DNA of 64,000 nucleotides from Dethiobacteria bacterium (GCA_050948825.1 JBMNEO010000009.1:68887-132886); one strand, 5' to 3'. Counted from the first letter of the stretch, positions 52,639 through 61,753 are shown. Numbers and translations: made by a program. Notes: generated by a model not told the origin, from the letters alone.

Positions 52639-53401
52639 GCAAGTTCAATATTGCACTCATCACCTCCCCGGCTTCACCCCGGATAACCAGATCGGCAAGT
52701 CTATCCTTGGGGGTGCTCTCCCTGTTAATGATTACAAGCCTTGCTCCGGAATTTTTTGCCAGCTCAGGAAGCCCGGCAGCAGGATAAACAACAAGGGATG
52801 ATCCAATGCAGATGAGCAGATCACAGCTCATACAATATTCCTGGGCATCTTTAAGGGTCTGCAGCGGTAATGACTGTCCAAATGATACGGTGGTCGGCTT
52901 TAATAATCCCCCGCAGTACCCGCAATCTTCTACATGCTTACCCTCTTCCAACGCAGATAGAATTTCCTCCCAGCCGTATAGGGCATTGCACGAAAGGCAG
53001 CGCACCTCCCACATGTTTCCATGCAGTTCAAAAACCCTTTCGGCTGTACTACCCGCTGCCTGATGCAATCCATCGATGTTTTGGGTAATAACGGCAACTA
53101 TTTTCCCAAGCTTCTCCAGGGCAGCCACAGCAAGGTGGGCGCGATTGGGCTTCACACCTTTGGACAACCTCCAGTTTTCCCGGTAAAATTCCCAGTAAGC
53201 GCGACGACTGCGCGGGTTAGATTGAAATTTTTGGAAAGACAGCTCGGAAGGATCAAAGCGATCCCAGAGCCCCCCCGGACTGCGGAAATCAGGTATCCCG
53301 GATTCGGTACTGATCCCGGCTCCTGTAAATACCACACCTCTCTTGCTTCCATTAATCCAGCGGGCACAGGTCTTCAGCTGTTCCTCATTCACTGTGGTCA
53401 C
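52625..53401 (-). CDS. cobB: NAD-dependent protein deacylase, Sir2 family
   Basis: GAGISTESGIPDFRS, QNIDGLH, catalytic ELHG, and a Zn ribbon CLSC...CGYCGG. Start reassigned to GTG 53401, 8 nt after AAGGAGGT. This removes the overlap with the upstream gene. Confidence 0.85.
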   Translation of the reverse strand: MTTVNEEQLKTCARWINGSKRGVVFTGAGISTESGIPDFRSPGGLWDRFDPSELSFQKFQSNPRSRRAYWEFYRENWRLSKGVKPNRAHLAVAALEKLGKIVAVITQNIDGLHQAAGSTAERVFELHGNMWEVRCLSCNALYGWEEILSALEEGKHVEDCGYCGGLLKPTTVSFGQSLPLQTLKDAQEYCMSCDLLICIGSSLVVYPAAGLPELAKNSGARLVIINRESTPKDRLADLVIRGEAGEVMSAILNLLDGS

Positions 53402-53432
53402 TAGATGATACCTCCTTTTGATTTCTAAATAG

Positions 53433-53876
53433 TTAGTGAGTTTCCCCGCTTGCATCGCCCCCGGAGATAATATCCTCATAATCATAGGTAAATTCTACCA
53501 TTTTTGTTGCCATGTAAATAGAGGTCCCGCATCTTAAGGCCAGGGCGATAGCATCACTTGGCCTGGAATCCAAAACCATTGCTTCTCCATCCTGCTCCAA
53601 ATAAATCTCCGCATAAAAAGTACTGTCAATTATATCTGTAATTACTATTTTTTGCAGGTTTCCCCGCAGGTTTTCAAGTATTATTTTAAGCAGGTCGTGG
53701 GTCAGCGGCCGCGGTGGTGTTTTACCCTGGAGCGCCAGGGCAATTGACTGAGCTTCTACCGGACCGATAGAAATCGGTAAAACCTTGCGCTCTTCCTCAT
53801 CCATCAACAATACCAAAAAGTTTCCCCCCTGATCTACGGTAACTGCTTTCACTTTCATCTGGAGCAAACTCATCAC
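53433..53876 (-). CDS. bifunctional nuclease family protein (DUF151/BFN)
   Basis: VLLMDEEERKVLPISIGPVEAQSIALAL, RPLTHDL, and DSRPSDAIALALR. Start ambiguous between 53876 and 53858. Confidence 0.8.
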   Translation of the reverse strand: MMSLLQMKVKAVTVDQGGNFLVLLMDEEERKVLPISIGPVEAQSIALALQGKTPPRPLTHDLLKIILENLRGNLQKIVITDIIDSTFYAEIYLEQDGEAMVLDSRPSDAIALALRCGTSIYMATKMVEFTYDYEDIISGGDASGETH

Positions 53877-54000
53877 ATCCTAACGTTGGAGCCAATAAAT
53901 GAGAAAGATATATAAGCTTCCAACTATTTTTATTATAACAAATATTCCCGCTTGCGGCACAGCAACATAATTTTTTTAGTAATTTTTTATACTGAAACGA

Positions 54001-55242
54001 TTAATTGTTGCTCAGATTATAGAATAACCTCAAGTAGTCAGCGATATTTTTTGTCACCAGGAATTCTCTTCTTGCCTTTTCCTTTGCCGCTTCTTTCATC
54101 TCTTCGGCCAGCAGCGGATTCCTGAGCAATTTTAATGCTTTCTGAGCGCATTCCTCTACAGTGTTTACCAGGTAACCGGTTACACCGTCCTCAATTTGCA
54201 GTTTAATGCCTCCAACATTGCCTCCTATTACCGGTGTGCCTTTCCATAAACTTTCTGCAACGGTAAGCCCAAATCCTTCCCTGATTGATTTTTGCAGCAC
54301 TATACTTGAAGCCGTTTGAAAGGCATTGACCTCCAGGTTGGAGATCCCATTAAAATTTGTAATGATAATGATATCGTAATCCTCCCCTGCCCTGCGCAGT
54401 GTTCTGTACAGATAGTCCCAGCCTTCCGGATCATCGCTTGCCATGGAACCGATCAGCGCCAGCTGGACACTGGGCAGTTCTTTTTTAACTATTTTGTAAG
54501 CATCAATTACCCCCAGCGGGTCCTTCCAGGGATCAAACCTTGAAACCTGGGAGATGAGCGGTCTCTGTGTATCAACGCCGCATTTATTGATAATCGCTTT
54601 TGCATCTTCTTTTTCCAGGGAAATGTTTTTAGGGCTAAGGGGATCGATGGATGGGGTAATATAGACGATATTTTTAAACTCGGAGTCCTCGTTGACAAAG
54701 CCTTTCATGGTAAAAATCCAGGTATCAAAATCAAGCAAATACTCGTAAAGGAAGTTCCAGTACTCAGGGTTAGGAGTTGAGGTATCAATATGACACCGCC
54801 AGATCCATTTTTCCCCTTCTTTTTTACCACGGTATTTTATCAATGCGGCAGGCTGGGGATCGTGAACAACAATAAAATCATATTTCCAGTCGCGCATATA
54901 AGAAGCATTCATCTTGTTGTATTTCAGATAAATATCGATATCAGCGGGGAGCAACTCCCCTTCCTGCCCCTGCAGCCTGTTATGAAAACTTTTTGTGATT
55001 TTATAAAACTCCTCATGGCCCAAAATTGTCCACCAGTCAACATTCAACCCCATATCCTTCATAAGGGGGACTACCGAATGCAGCTTTTCAGCCACTCCGC
55101 CACCGTAGGATGTGGCGTTAATCATGGCAATCCTTTTATTTTTTAATTTTTCGATGAGATACCTGAGTTCGATCTCTGCCTTCTGATCAATAAACTCCAG
55201 GTAATCATTGATACTTTTTTTCTCTACTGTTACCAGCTGCAA
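54001..55242 (-). CDS. treT: trehalose synthase TreT-like GT4 glycosyltransferase
   Basis: Collinear similarity to archaeal TreT as remembered: NATSYGGGVAE..HS.VPL, VHDPQPAAL, WRCHID.S.PN, PSIDPLS.KN, QVSRFDPWK, DDPEGW, REGFGLTV.E..WKG.PVIG. TTG start after GAGGAGGAAG. Confidence 0.75.
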   Translation of the reverse strand: MQLVTVEKKSINDYLEFIDQKAEIELRYLIEKLKNKRIAMINATSYGGGVAEKLHSVVPLMKDMGLNVDWWTILGHEEFYKITKSFHNRLQGQEGELLPADIDIYLKYNKMNASYMRDWKYDFIVVHDPQPAALIKYRGKKEGEKWIWRCHIDTSTPNPEYWNFLYEYLLDFDTWIFTMKGFVNEDSEFKNIVYITPSIDPLSPKNISLEKEDAKAIINKCGVDTQRPLISQVSRFDPWKDPLGVIDAYKIVKKELPSVQLALIGSMASDDPEGWDYLYRTLRRAGEDYDIIIITNFNGISNLEVNAFQTASSIVLQKSIREGFGLTVAESLWKGTPVIGGNVGGIKLQIEDGVTGYLVNTVEECAQKALKLLRNPLLAEEMKEAAKEKARREFLVTKNIADYLRLFYNLSNN

Positions 55243-55308
55243 GGTGGCTTCCTCCTCTTAGAAGTTATTTCTTATCATAATTTATCCCTTAATGGTTATA
55301 TTATTACT

Positions 55309-57102
55309 ATGGAAAAAATGGGATTCAATATTATCGATCGCGAAAAAGCCAGGATCGAATTCAGGGTCTTTGCTTATCAGAAAAAAGGGGTCAGCCTTTT
55401 GCTTCGGACAAAGGACGGGGAGAAAACCATCCCTATGGAGCAGGAGGAACCCCATATCTACAGTACCGTCGTTGAAGGTCTGGGGCTCGACCTGCTTTAT
55501 AAGTTTAGCATAGAAAATGAAGGCGATTATCCGGACCCTTATTCCAATTACCAGCCGCAGGGGGTACACGGGTTTTCCCAGGTTATCGACCACGGGAGCT
55601 ACTCCTGGAACGATGGGCAATGGAAGGGCAGGGATTTGGAGAAATTCATTATCTATGAACTGCATCCCGGTACTTTTTCCCCCGAAGGAACTTTTAAAGG
55701 GACGGTTGAGAAGCTCGACTATCTCCTCGAACTGGGAATTAATGCCATCGAATTAATGCCCGTCACCCAGACCCCGGGAAGGTGGAACTGGGGATATGAT
55801 GGAGCAAATTTTTTCAGTGTCAACAAAAATTACGGCACCCCGGATGATTTAAAGTTTTTGGTCGATACCTGCCACCAAAAAAAGATCGGCGTTATTCTAG
55901 ATGTCGTATATAATCATTTGGGACCGGAAGGGAATTACCTGCCGGTATATGGGCCCTATTTTACGGAAAAATACAAGACTGGATGGGGCGCAGCCGTTAA
56001 TTATGACGACGGCTTTAGTGAATATACCCGTGCCATGGTGCTGGAAAATGTACGTTATTGGCTGGAACAGTACCATATAGATTGTCTGAGGTTGGATGCT
56101 ATTCACGCGATCATGGATAAAAGCAGCAACCATATTTTGCAGGAAATGAGCTCAACAGCAAAAGAAGTGGGCAAAAAAACCGGACGTAAAATCTTCCTGA
56201 TCGCAGAAACTGATGAAAACGATGTTAAAATAATTAATCCGCCGGAAAAAGGAGGTTACGGCATTGATGCTCAGTGGATGGATGATTTTCATCATATCAT
56301 CCACAGTGTTTTAACCGGTGAAAAAGGGGGATATTACCAGGACTACGGCTACCTTGAAGGGCTGGAGAAAGCTTTTAAGAATTACCTCTATACCGGTGAA
56401 TTTTCCCAGTTCTGGCAGAAAAACCGCGGCACCGATGCTTCACAAAATCCCGGCTATCAGTTCGTCGTCTCTCTGCAAAACCACGATCAGGTAGGCAACA
56501 GGGCCTGCGGAGGAAGGATCTCCGCGCTGGTGGATTTTCATTTTTTAAAAGCAGCGGCAGGCTTAATTTTTTTGTCTCCCTATATACCTTTACTTTTCAT
56601 GGGCGAAGAATATGCAGAAGAAAACCCGTTTCTGTTTTTTACCGATTATGAAGACAGCAAACTGCAGTCAGCGGTTTCAGAGGGACGTCGTGAAGAATTT
56701 AAAGACTTTAACTGGGACGAGATCCCCAATCCACAGGATGAACGCTCTTTTTTTAACTCCAAACTTACTTCCAGGGAAAACTGGAAAGAGGAAAACCAGT
56801 GGATTTTTAATTTTTACCGCGACCTGATCAACCTGAGAAAAAATCACCCTGCTCTGCTTCACCTTGAAAAAGATAATACCGAGGTCAGGGTAAATAGCGA
56901 ACAGAAAATGGTTGAAGTAAAAAGGTGGAATAGCAATAAAAAGCTGAGGGCCCTTATAAACCTGGGCGAAGAGGAGATCCCCCTCGAAGTTACCGGAAGC
57001 CGTCAAATATTTAACTCCGAATGGAAGCAATACGGTGGAAAAATTGAGGGAAATAGTTCCACCTTATATAAAGGCAACCTGATTATCTTCGAAGAAAGCT
57101 AA
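55309..57102 (+). CDS. treZ: malto-oligosyltrehalose trehalohydrolase-like GH13 enzyme
   Basis: GH13 regions: ILDVVYNHLG, CLRLDAIHAI, LIAETD, LQNHDQVGNR. N-terminal CBM48-like domain. 597 aa. Confidence 0.75.
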   Translation: MEKMGFNIIDREKARIEFRVFAYQKKGVSLLLRTKDGEKTIPMEQEEPHIYSTVVEGLGLDLLYKFSIENEGDYPDPYSNYQPQGVHGFSQVIDHGSYSWNDGQWKGRDLEKFIIYELHPGTFSPEGTFKGTVEKLDYLLELGINAIELMPVTQTPGRWNWGYDGANFFSVNKNYGTPDDLKFLVDTCHQKKIGVILDVVYNHLGPEGNYLPVYGPYFTEKYKTGWGAAVNYDDGFSEYTRAMVLENVRYWLEQYHIDCLRLDAIHAIMDKSSNHILQEMSSTAKEVGKKTGRKIFLIAETDENDVKIINPPEKGGYGIDAQWMDDFHHIIHSVLTGEKGGYYQDYGYLEGLEKAFKNYLYTGEFSQFWQKNRGTDASQNPGYQFVVSLQNHDQVGNRACGGRISALVDFHFLKAAAGLIFLSPYIPLLFMGEEYAEENPFLFFTDYEDSKLQSAVSEGRREEFKDFNWDEIPNPQDERSFFNSKLTSRENWKEENQWIFNFYRDLINLRKNHPALLHLEKDNTEVRVNSEQKMVEVKRWNSNKKLRALINLGEEEIPLEVTGSRQIFNSEWKQYGGKIEGNSSTLYKGNLIIFEES

Positions 57103-57126
57103 CATCCTTCCCTATAATCACGAAAA

Positions 57127-57313
57127 CGATTAAGATGATCGATTAAGATGCTTATAGATCGATGAATAAGCCGGGGACGGATAACGCTTCCCTGCACAAA
57201 AACCGTATCAGATGCGTATATCGTACTGATGCCTCCCCCGGCCTAAGGCATTATGTGTTTCCATTCAGGTTTCTTCGCAATATCTTCGTGCAATATCCGC
57301 AATATCTTCGCAA
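57127..57313. repeat. spacer with word duplications and a partial GGGGACGG core
   Basis: CGATTAAGATG at 57127-57137 and 57140-57150. GGGGACGG at 57173-57180. GCAATATC at 57277, 57290 and 57299. Confidence 0.8.
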
Positions 57314-57316
57314 CTT

Positions 57317-59272
57317 CTATACATAAACCGCTTCCCGAAGGGTATTGAAGTATTCCTCAATCTCCCCCTTCCCCATGGAGTCTATTTCACGGATCATTGC
57401 AGGGAAAATAGGTGGGTATAGCTCGTAAAGAAACTCATACATTTTATCCACCAGATACTCCTGATCGGGCACCGCACCCCAGATTTTCTGTATATGATCG
57501 GTGGCCATAAAAACAGCCTGGCAGTAATCCCGCATCAGCTGGAGCATCCTCTTCAGGGTAAAATAATCCACGGCCGGACTTTTGTTTACCGTATACAACT
57601 CCGCTGCTTTCTGAAGCGCTTCTTTTTTCCACTTAAATGCATTTTCTATTTCTTTATCGGCTGAAGACAGATCGCACCCTTCTTCTCTGAAGCGCTCCAT
57701 GCCATAACGGAGATATTTAATACGGTTGTCGATAAAAACATCCAGCGTTCGGACAATGCCGACAAGGTTGCGCTCATCTAATCTTTTTAAAAAGCGGCTG
57801 CAAATTAAATCCGCGAAAGAATCCTCCAGTTTTTTTAACAGCACCGAGCAAATTAAATACCCTTTCAGGCAGGGAATTTTTTGCCTCCCCTCCGTCGGCC
57901 TCCATCCCCAGTTGCAGGCCCTTTTCATCAATCTCAGGTACATTATTGCCTGAATATCGGAATCTTCACGGGTTAGCTCATACCCGGTTTGATCAAAATG
58001 TTTCCCGTCCGCCGGGATATTTACCGCCAGGTTGAAATTTTCCACCAGGGTATCAAATATCCCGCAGTGATATTTACCATTTTCCCAGAAAATATGCGGG
58101 TGGTCGTAGAGCCCGGTTTTCTCCTTTTCATACCTTCCCGCCCCGAAGACTCCAAGAGGGGGATAATGCCCGTCTACTCTCAGGATTAACCTGATCTCCG
58201 GAGCCCAGTTTATACTATCAAAAAACAGCTCGGGCAAATTATCCAGCCTGCCGGGCTTCATTACCTCGTCAATGTACTCATCCGGTGTGACAAAATGTAC
58301 GCGTAACGTTTCTTTCGCCTCCTCGAGCACCTCTTCCCAGGCTTTTTCCATAATATCCAGGGCGATATCTCCAAAGTCCATCAGCTCCAGATCCTGTAGA
58401 TAAACAAGAACACCGTCCTCCGGGGCGTTATTCAACTCACGGCAAAGCACTTCCTTATAAATTTCCACACCCTCTTCAAAACTGATGGGGTACTTTTCCC
58501 CTTCACCGTAAAGGTATTCGTTTTTGAACACGGGGTAGTTGCCCAGCTTGTATCCCTGGAACTTGACCTCTTCCCGCTTCATTTTGGTAATCGGCCGCCA
58601 GATCTCCTGAGATATTGGAAAGTTCCGGGGGAAAGCAAGGATATTTTGCTTTTCTGTCTTTATCAGAAAGGGCTTATATTGATAGTCGCCCTCCCCCTTG
58701 AATTGAAAGGACACCTTATCGTCGGAGAGGTGGGGGAAAATTACATAATTAATGTTCGCTTCCTCCACACCTTTCATTTTATCAAACACATAAGAAGCCT
58801 CCGTGGCAAAAAGGCCTTTATATTTCGGATAAGGAACCCCCATCAGGTTATGCAGGTATTCCATGTTCCACTGGATTTCCTGCGTTATCTCCTCATTTTT
58901 CAGCAGCGAAACGTGTGTATGATGGGCATGGCCATAGATGGGGTAAAGCCTTTTTCCGGCATAAGCCTCCCGCAGATTTTGAAACGAATCCGGCAAGACA
59001 TTCTTTATCTGGCAGAGAAGCTCGTTGGTATATTCCACGCAGATGGGAGCATTTATTTTTTCTGCAAACTCTATGCTCCTGGAATAAATATCGCGCCCTT
59101 CTTCTTTTCTTTTTTTAATGTAATTTTCGTCCAGAATAGTATTTTTCATCGGATTGCCGTCATCCAGTCCGGAAAGAAGTACCTCCGGCAAATCCCAGAG
59201 CAGCTCATGGGCATGGAACGCCAGGATCACGTATACATTTTTCACAATAACCATCCTTTCATTAAGGCGCAT
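57317..59272 (-). CDS. GH57-like alpha-glucan-active enzyme (family assignment tentative)
   Basis: N-terminal ILAFHAHE resembles the GH57 (V)LHAH(L)P region, and YGHAHHTHVSLL resembles the YYHPILPLL region. About 650 aa. The start is uncertain (59272, 59254 or 59245). Confidence 0.55.
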   Translation of the reverse strand: MRLNERMVIVKNVYVILAFHAHELLWDLPEVLLSGLDDGNPMKNTILDENYIKKRKEEGRDIYSRSIEFAEKINAPICVEYTNELLCQIKNVLPDSFQNLREAYAGKRLYPIYGHAHHTHVSLLKNEEITQEIQWNMEYLHNLMGVPYPKYKGLFATEASYVFDKMKGVEEANINYVIFPHLSDDKVSFQFKGEGDYQYKPFLIKTEKQNILAFPRNFPISQEIWRPITKMKREEVKFQGYKLGNYPVFKNEYLYGEGEKYPISFEEGVEIYKEVLCRELNNAPEDGVLVYLQDLELMDFGDIALDIMEKAWEEVLEEAKETLRVHFVTPDEYIDEVMKPGRLDNLPELFFDSINWAPEIRLILRVDGHYPPLGVFGAGRYEKEKTGLYDHPHIFWENGKYHCGIFDTLVENFNLAVNIPADGKHFDQTGYELTREDSDIQAIMYLRLMKRACNWGWRPTEGRQKIPCLKGYLICSVLLKKLEDSFADLICSRFLKRLDERNLVGIVRTLDVFIDNRIKYLRYGMERFREEGCDLSSADKEIENAFKWKKEALQKAAELYTVNKSPAVDYFTLKRMLQLMRDYCQAVFMATDHIQKIWGAVPDQEYLVDKMYEFLYELYPPIFPAMIREIDSMGKGEIEEYFNTLREAVYV

Positions 59273-59312
59273 ATTTGCAAACAAATCCGCTGTAAGGCGG
59301 GGCAGGACAAAG

Positions 59313-59681
59313 TCATGCACAATGGCCTCTGACTGCGGCAATTAAGCTATCCCTGTCCCCATTTTGAGGCCTGCTCATTTGCCCGTTAGTTGTATTCACC
59401 AAATGATCAATATCCGCCAGTTTTTCCCATTTGCCCGGGCAAACAACATGCATGCCTACCTTTAAATCGCAGCCTTCAAGATTTAACATAACCAGTACCC
59501 TTTCACCGGAGCCATCGGCTGCCCGTCGCCCAATAACTCTTTTTCCATCCCCTCTTTTCCTCTCCATCCATAGCCCCAAAATCCTTTCAAATTTCCCCTC
59601 AGCGGCAGGGTTTATATTTGCCTCCTGAAATTCAGCATCCTTATCTTCCCATGGTTTCCTCGTGCTATCAAAAAAGGGCAT
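59313..59681 (-). CDS. hypothetical ORF (doubtful)
   Basis: 122 codons. The start codon lies inside a terminator-like hairpin. The tail (ERVLVMLNLEG..L.V...PGKWEKL) faintly resembles the C-terminal beta-domain of GH13 enzymes. Confidence 0.3.
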   Translation of the reverse strand: MPFFDSTRKPWEDKDAEFQEANINPAAEGKFERILGLWMERKRGDGKRVIGRRAADGSGERVLVMLNLEGCDLKVGMHVVCPGKWEKLADIDHLVNTTNGQMSRPQNGDRDSLIAAVRGHCA

Positions 59682-59698
59682 TTATATAATGCCCTTTT
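59672..59698 (-). terminator. bidirectional-looking terminator hairpin AAAAGGGCAT-7 nt-ATGCCCTTTT
   Basis: 10-bp stem (59672-59681 / 59689-59698). On the minus strand it is followed by TT within a U-run. Confidence 0.55.
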
Positions 59699-59722
59699 AT
59701 TAAGAAGATATTTAGCAAGATC

Positions 59723-59743
59723 GGGGACGGTTCTTGTTCTTGC
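59723..59743. repeat. GGGGACGGTTCTTGTTCTTGC element (plus orientation)
   Basis: Identical to the 7.2-kb units. Confidence 0.9.
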
Positions 59744-59804
59744 TTTTTTATTGCTTTAATCTTTTTAATACTATAAAGAAGAACCTTGTCCTATAAAATA
59801 TCCT

Positions 59805-59845
59805 TTTTTTGTGCAAACTTCCATATTACCCCAGGCAAGAACAAG
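59805..59845. repeat. inverted copy GCAAGAACAAGAACCGTCCC with a degenerate promoter-like block
   Basis: The minus strand reads GGGACGGTTCTTGTTCTTGCCTGGGGTAATATGGAAGTTT. The block is conserved but the -35 and -10 are poor. Confidence 0.85.
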
Positions 59846-59877
59846 AACCGTCCCTGTTTTTGCTGTTTTTGCTTTTG

Positions 59878-60582
59878 CTAATGATAGGCCAGGTAATAGA
59901 AGGAAGATTCGCCTGTTTTTTCGTATGCTTTTTTTTCGACAACCTTATTGAAGTAATTCTTTAATAGAGCCTGATAGGCATCATTTGCAGATTCCGACCA
60001 TACACTTAAAGCCGCTCCTTCAGGTTTCAGCAAACCCTTAATAAGAGCGGTACCTTCGCCTGAATAAAGAAAACTATTTGAAGGGCGGCTCAGCCACCCG
60101 GGTCCGTTATCGGTATCTAAAATTGCTGCATGATAATAACCTTCTCTATTAACGCCGCTATCCGGGGGTTTAACCAGAAAATCTACAAGATCGGTTACAA
60201 AAACATTAACCCTCGGATCCGAAAGGGCGTTCCCGTTTATCTCTGCAAGCGGCCCCCTGTTCCACCTGACTACAGCCTCTTCAATCTCCACTACGTCAAC
60301 TCTTTTTACCAGAGGCGAACCAAGTGCCTCCTGCAGCCCTATTCCAAATCCCAGCCCTCCGATCAGCACTCTCAAGTAAGGTCCCTTATTCCCTGCTGCT
60401 AAAGAACAAACCCGGATCGCCTGGCGGACCATATCCCTTTCAGTTACCCCGTTATAAGAGGACATCAAAAAGCTGCCGCTATAAATAAATTCATAATCCC
60501 GGCCGCGCCGCTGTAGCTGCAGCTCTCCCCCTCGGCCATTAACCCGCTCCACCACTTCAGCGGGCTCATAAAAGCCTCTCAT
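59878..60582 (-). CDS. spermidine-synthase-like (class I methyltransferase fold) protein
   Basis: VLIGGLGFGIGLQEAL ... VDVVEIEEAVV ... DAAILDTDNGP pattern. Confidence 0.7.
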   Translation of the reverse strand: MRGFYEPAEVVERVNGRGGELQLQRRGRDYEFIYSGSFLMSSYNGVTERDMVRQAIRVCSLAAGNKGPYLRVLIGGLGFGIGLQEALGSPLVKRVDVVEIEEAVVRWNRGPLAEINGNALSDPRVNVFVTDLVDFLVKPPDSGVNREGYYHAAILDTDNGPGWLSRPSNSFLYSGEGTALIKGLLKPEGAALSVWSESANDAYQALLKNYFNKVVEKKAYEKTGESSFYYLAYH

Positions 60583-60637
60583 CTGCCGGCCTCCTTTGAA
60601 ACAGGTGCTGCCTTTGGAGAGAATAGACGATTTTTTT

Positions 60638-60907
60638 TTAAAACCGCAACCCCCAGAATATCAAAGCAACACCCAGGTAGATAATAATCATTTTATTATA
60701 ATTTATCTTTTGTGTCATCCCCGTTAAACCCAGGAACATAGCAGCCATGAAAATAAAAGGCCCAACCGAGGCGAGCACTGCATTAATTTTTAAAGCATGT
60801 TCCAGATTGTTAAACCTGTATATCAGAAACGCGGCGATAATTTCAATACTACCCGATAAAAAGCGCAGAAAAACAATGCCGGCCAAAAATGGAGACATGT
60901 TTAACAC
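60638..60907 (-). CDS. YqhV-like small membrane protein (DUF2619)
   Basis: The pattern LRFLSGSIEIIAAFLI...KINAVLASVGPFIF...Y.K..IIYLGVALIFWG matches B. subtilis YqhV as remembered. Confidence 0.7.
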   Translation of the reverse strand: MLNMSPFLAGIVFLRFLSGSIEIIAAFLIYRFNNLEHALKINAVLASVGPFIFMAAMFLGLTGMTQKINYNKMIIIYLGVALIFWGLRF

Positions 60908-61040
60908 CCTGCCTGTAGTTTGTTATACGAAAATTTTTCTTAATTAAAAAGATACGCCGCTATGCGTAACCTTATGCCTAACAAAAGGGATAGAAAGGTT
61001 TTTTTCGGCAAAGATATATTATAGAAAGGAGGGATCCACA

Positions 61041-61223
61041 TTGGCAAAAAAATATAATAAAAGTAGAAAACAGAAGCCTAATTACTCTAAAAAAGGCTTG
61101 CAAAATGTTCAAATGGAAACAAGTTCTGATCTGGACCTTGAAAGTGGCTTGAAAGAACAAAAAAATAAAAGCCAGTCTTTTTGTAGTGAGTCTGACCAAT
61201 CTTTTTCACCCAGGAAGAGTTAA
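61041..61223 (+). CDS. small hydrophilic Lys/Ser-rich protein (possible spore protein)
   Basis: 60 codons with a TTG start 7 nt after AAGGAGGG. A hairpin with a T6 run lies downstream. Confidence 0.5.
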   Translation: MAKKYNKSRKQKPNYSKKGLQNVQMETSSDLDLESGLKEQKNKSQSFCSESDQSFSPRKS

Positions 61224-61293
61224 TCGGGAGCCTGATACTATTAAGTGAACGATACTATTAAATGCCCAGTATTCTAAAAATATATAAAAAGAT

Positions 61294-61346
61294 ATGAGGG
61301 ACAGCAGACTGAAAAACTTTAATTAGCAGCTGACCCTCATTTTTTA
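61294..61346 (+). terminator. terminator after the small hydrophilic ORF
   Basis: ATGAGGGaCAGC ... GCTGaCCCTCAT followed by TTTTTT. Confidence 0.5.
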
Positions 61347-61409
61347 CTTGTTTATCCGTTCTGGCTATTTACCTTAATAACAGAAATAAAATGATGAGGT
61401 GTATTACTC

Positions 61410-61544
61410 ATGACAGAAAAGCAGGATGAAACAAAAGTGGTAAGTTATGCCGCTATCAGATACGGTGCATGGATATTAGGCTTAATCATCGTCCTATATT
61501 TTATTAGCCGCCACCTTTTCCCTTTTATTCGCTCATTATTCTAA
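61410..61544 (+). CDS. 44-aa single-TM micro-protein
   Basis: MTEKQDETKVVSYAAIRYGAWILGLIIVLYFISRHLFPFIRSLF. RBS GAGGTG upstream. Below the ORF-track cutoff. Confidence 0.4.
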   Translation: MTEKQDETKVVSYAAIRYGAWILGLIIVLYFISRHLFPFIRSLF

Positions 61545-61753
61545 AGATTTACGCCCACAATTTACCATAGTTGCGGATTATTAAAAAAGTACTAAGATAA
61601 GTTAACATAATATTATATTTCCTTAATTTATCAGAGCAGAGCGCCGGCTTATAGATTTGCCTTGCTCTTTTTTTTGGTTATAATATGGTTAACATAATAT
61701 ATTCCTGAAAATGGAGGTTTAACTTGACCCCAGGAATAAGAGGAGGTTTCCAG

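Noticed and set aside
52625-53876. SIR2 plus nuclease as an anti-phage defence pair
   Set aside because: The Sir2 protein has the complete canonical sirtuin deacylase motifs and Zn ribbon, and a size of ~258 aa. The upstream gene is a housekeeping-type DUF151 bifunctional nuclease. There are no defence-island neighbours.
55282-55665. 127-aa minus-strand ORF overlapping the treZ-like start
   Set aside because: It is antisense to the GH13 gene N-terminus, with no RBS and no motif.
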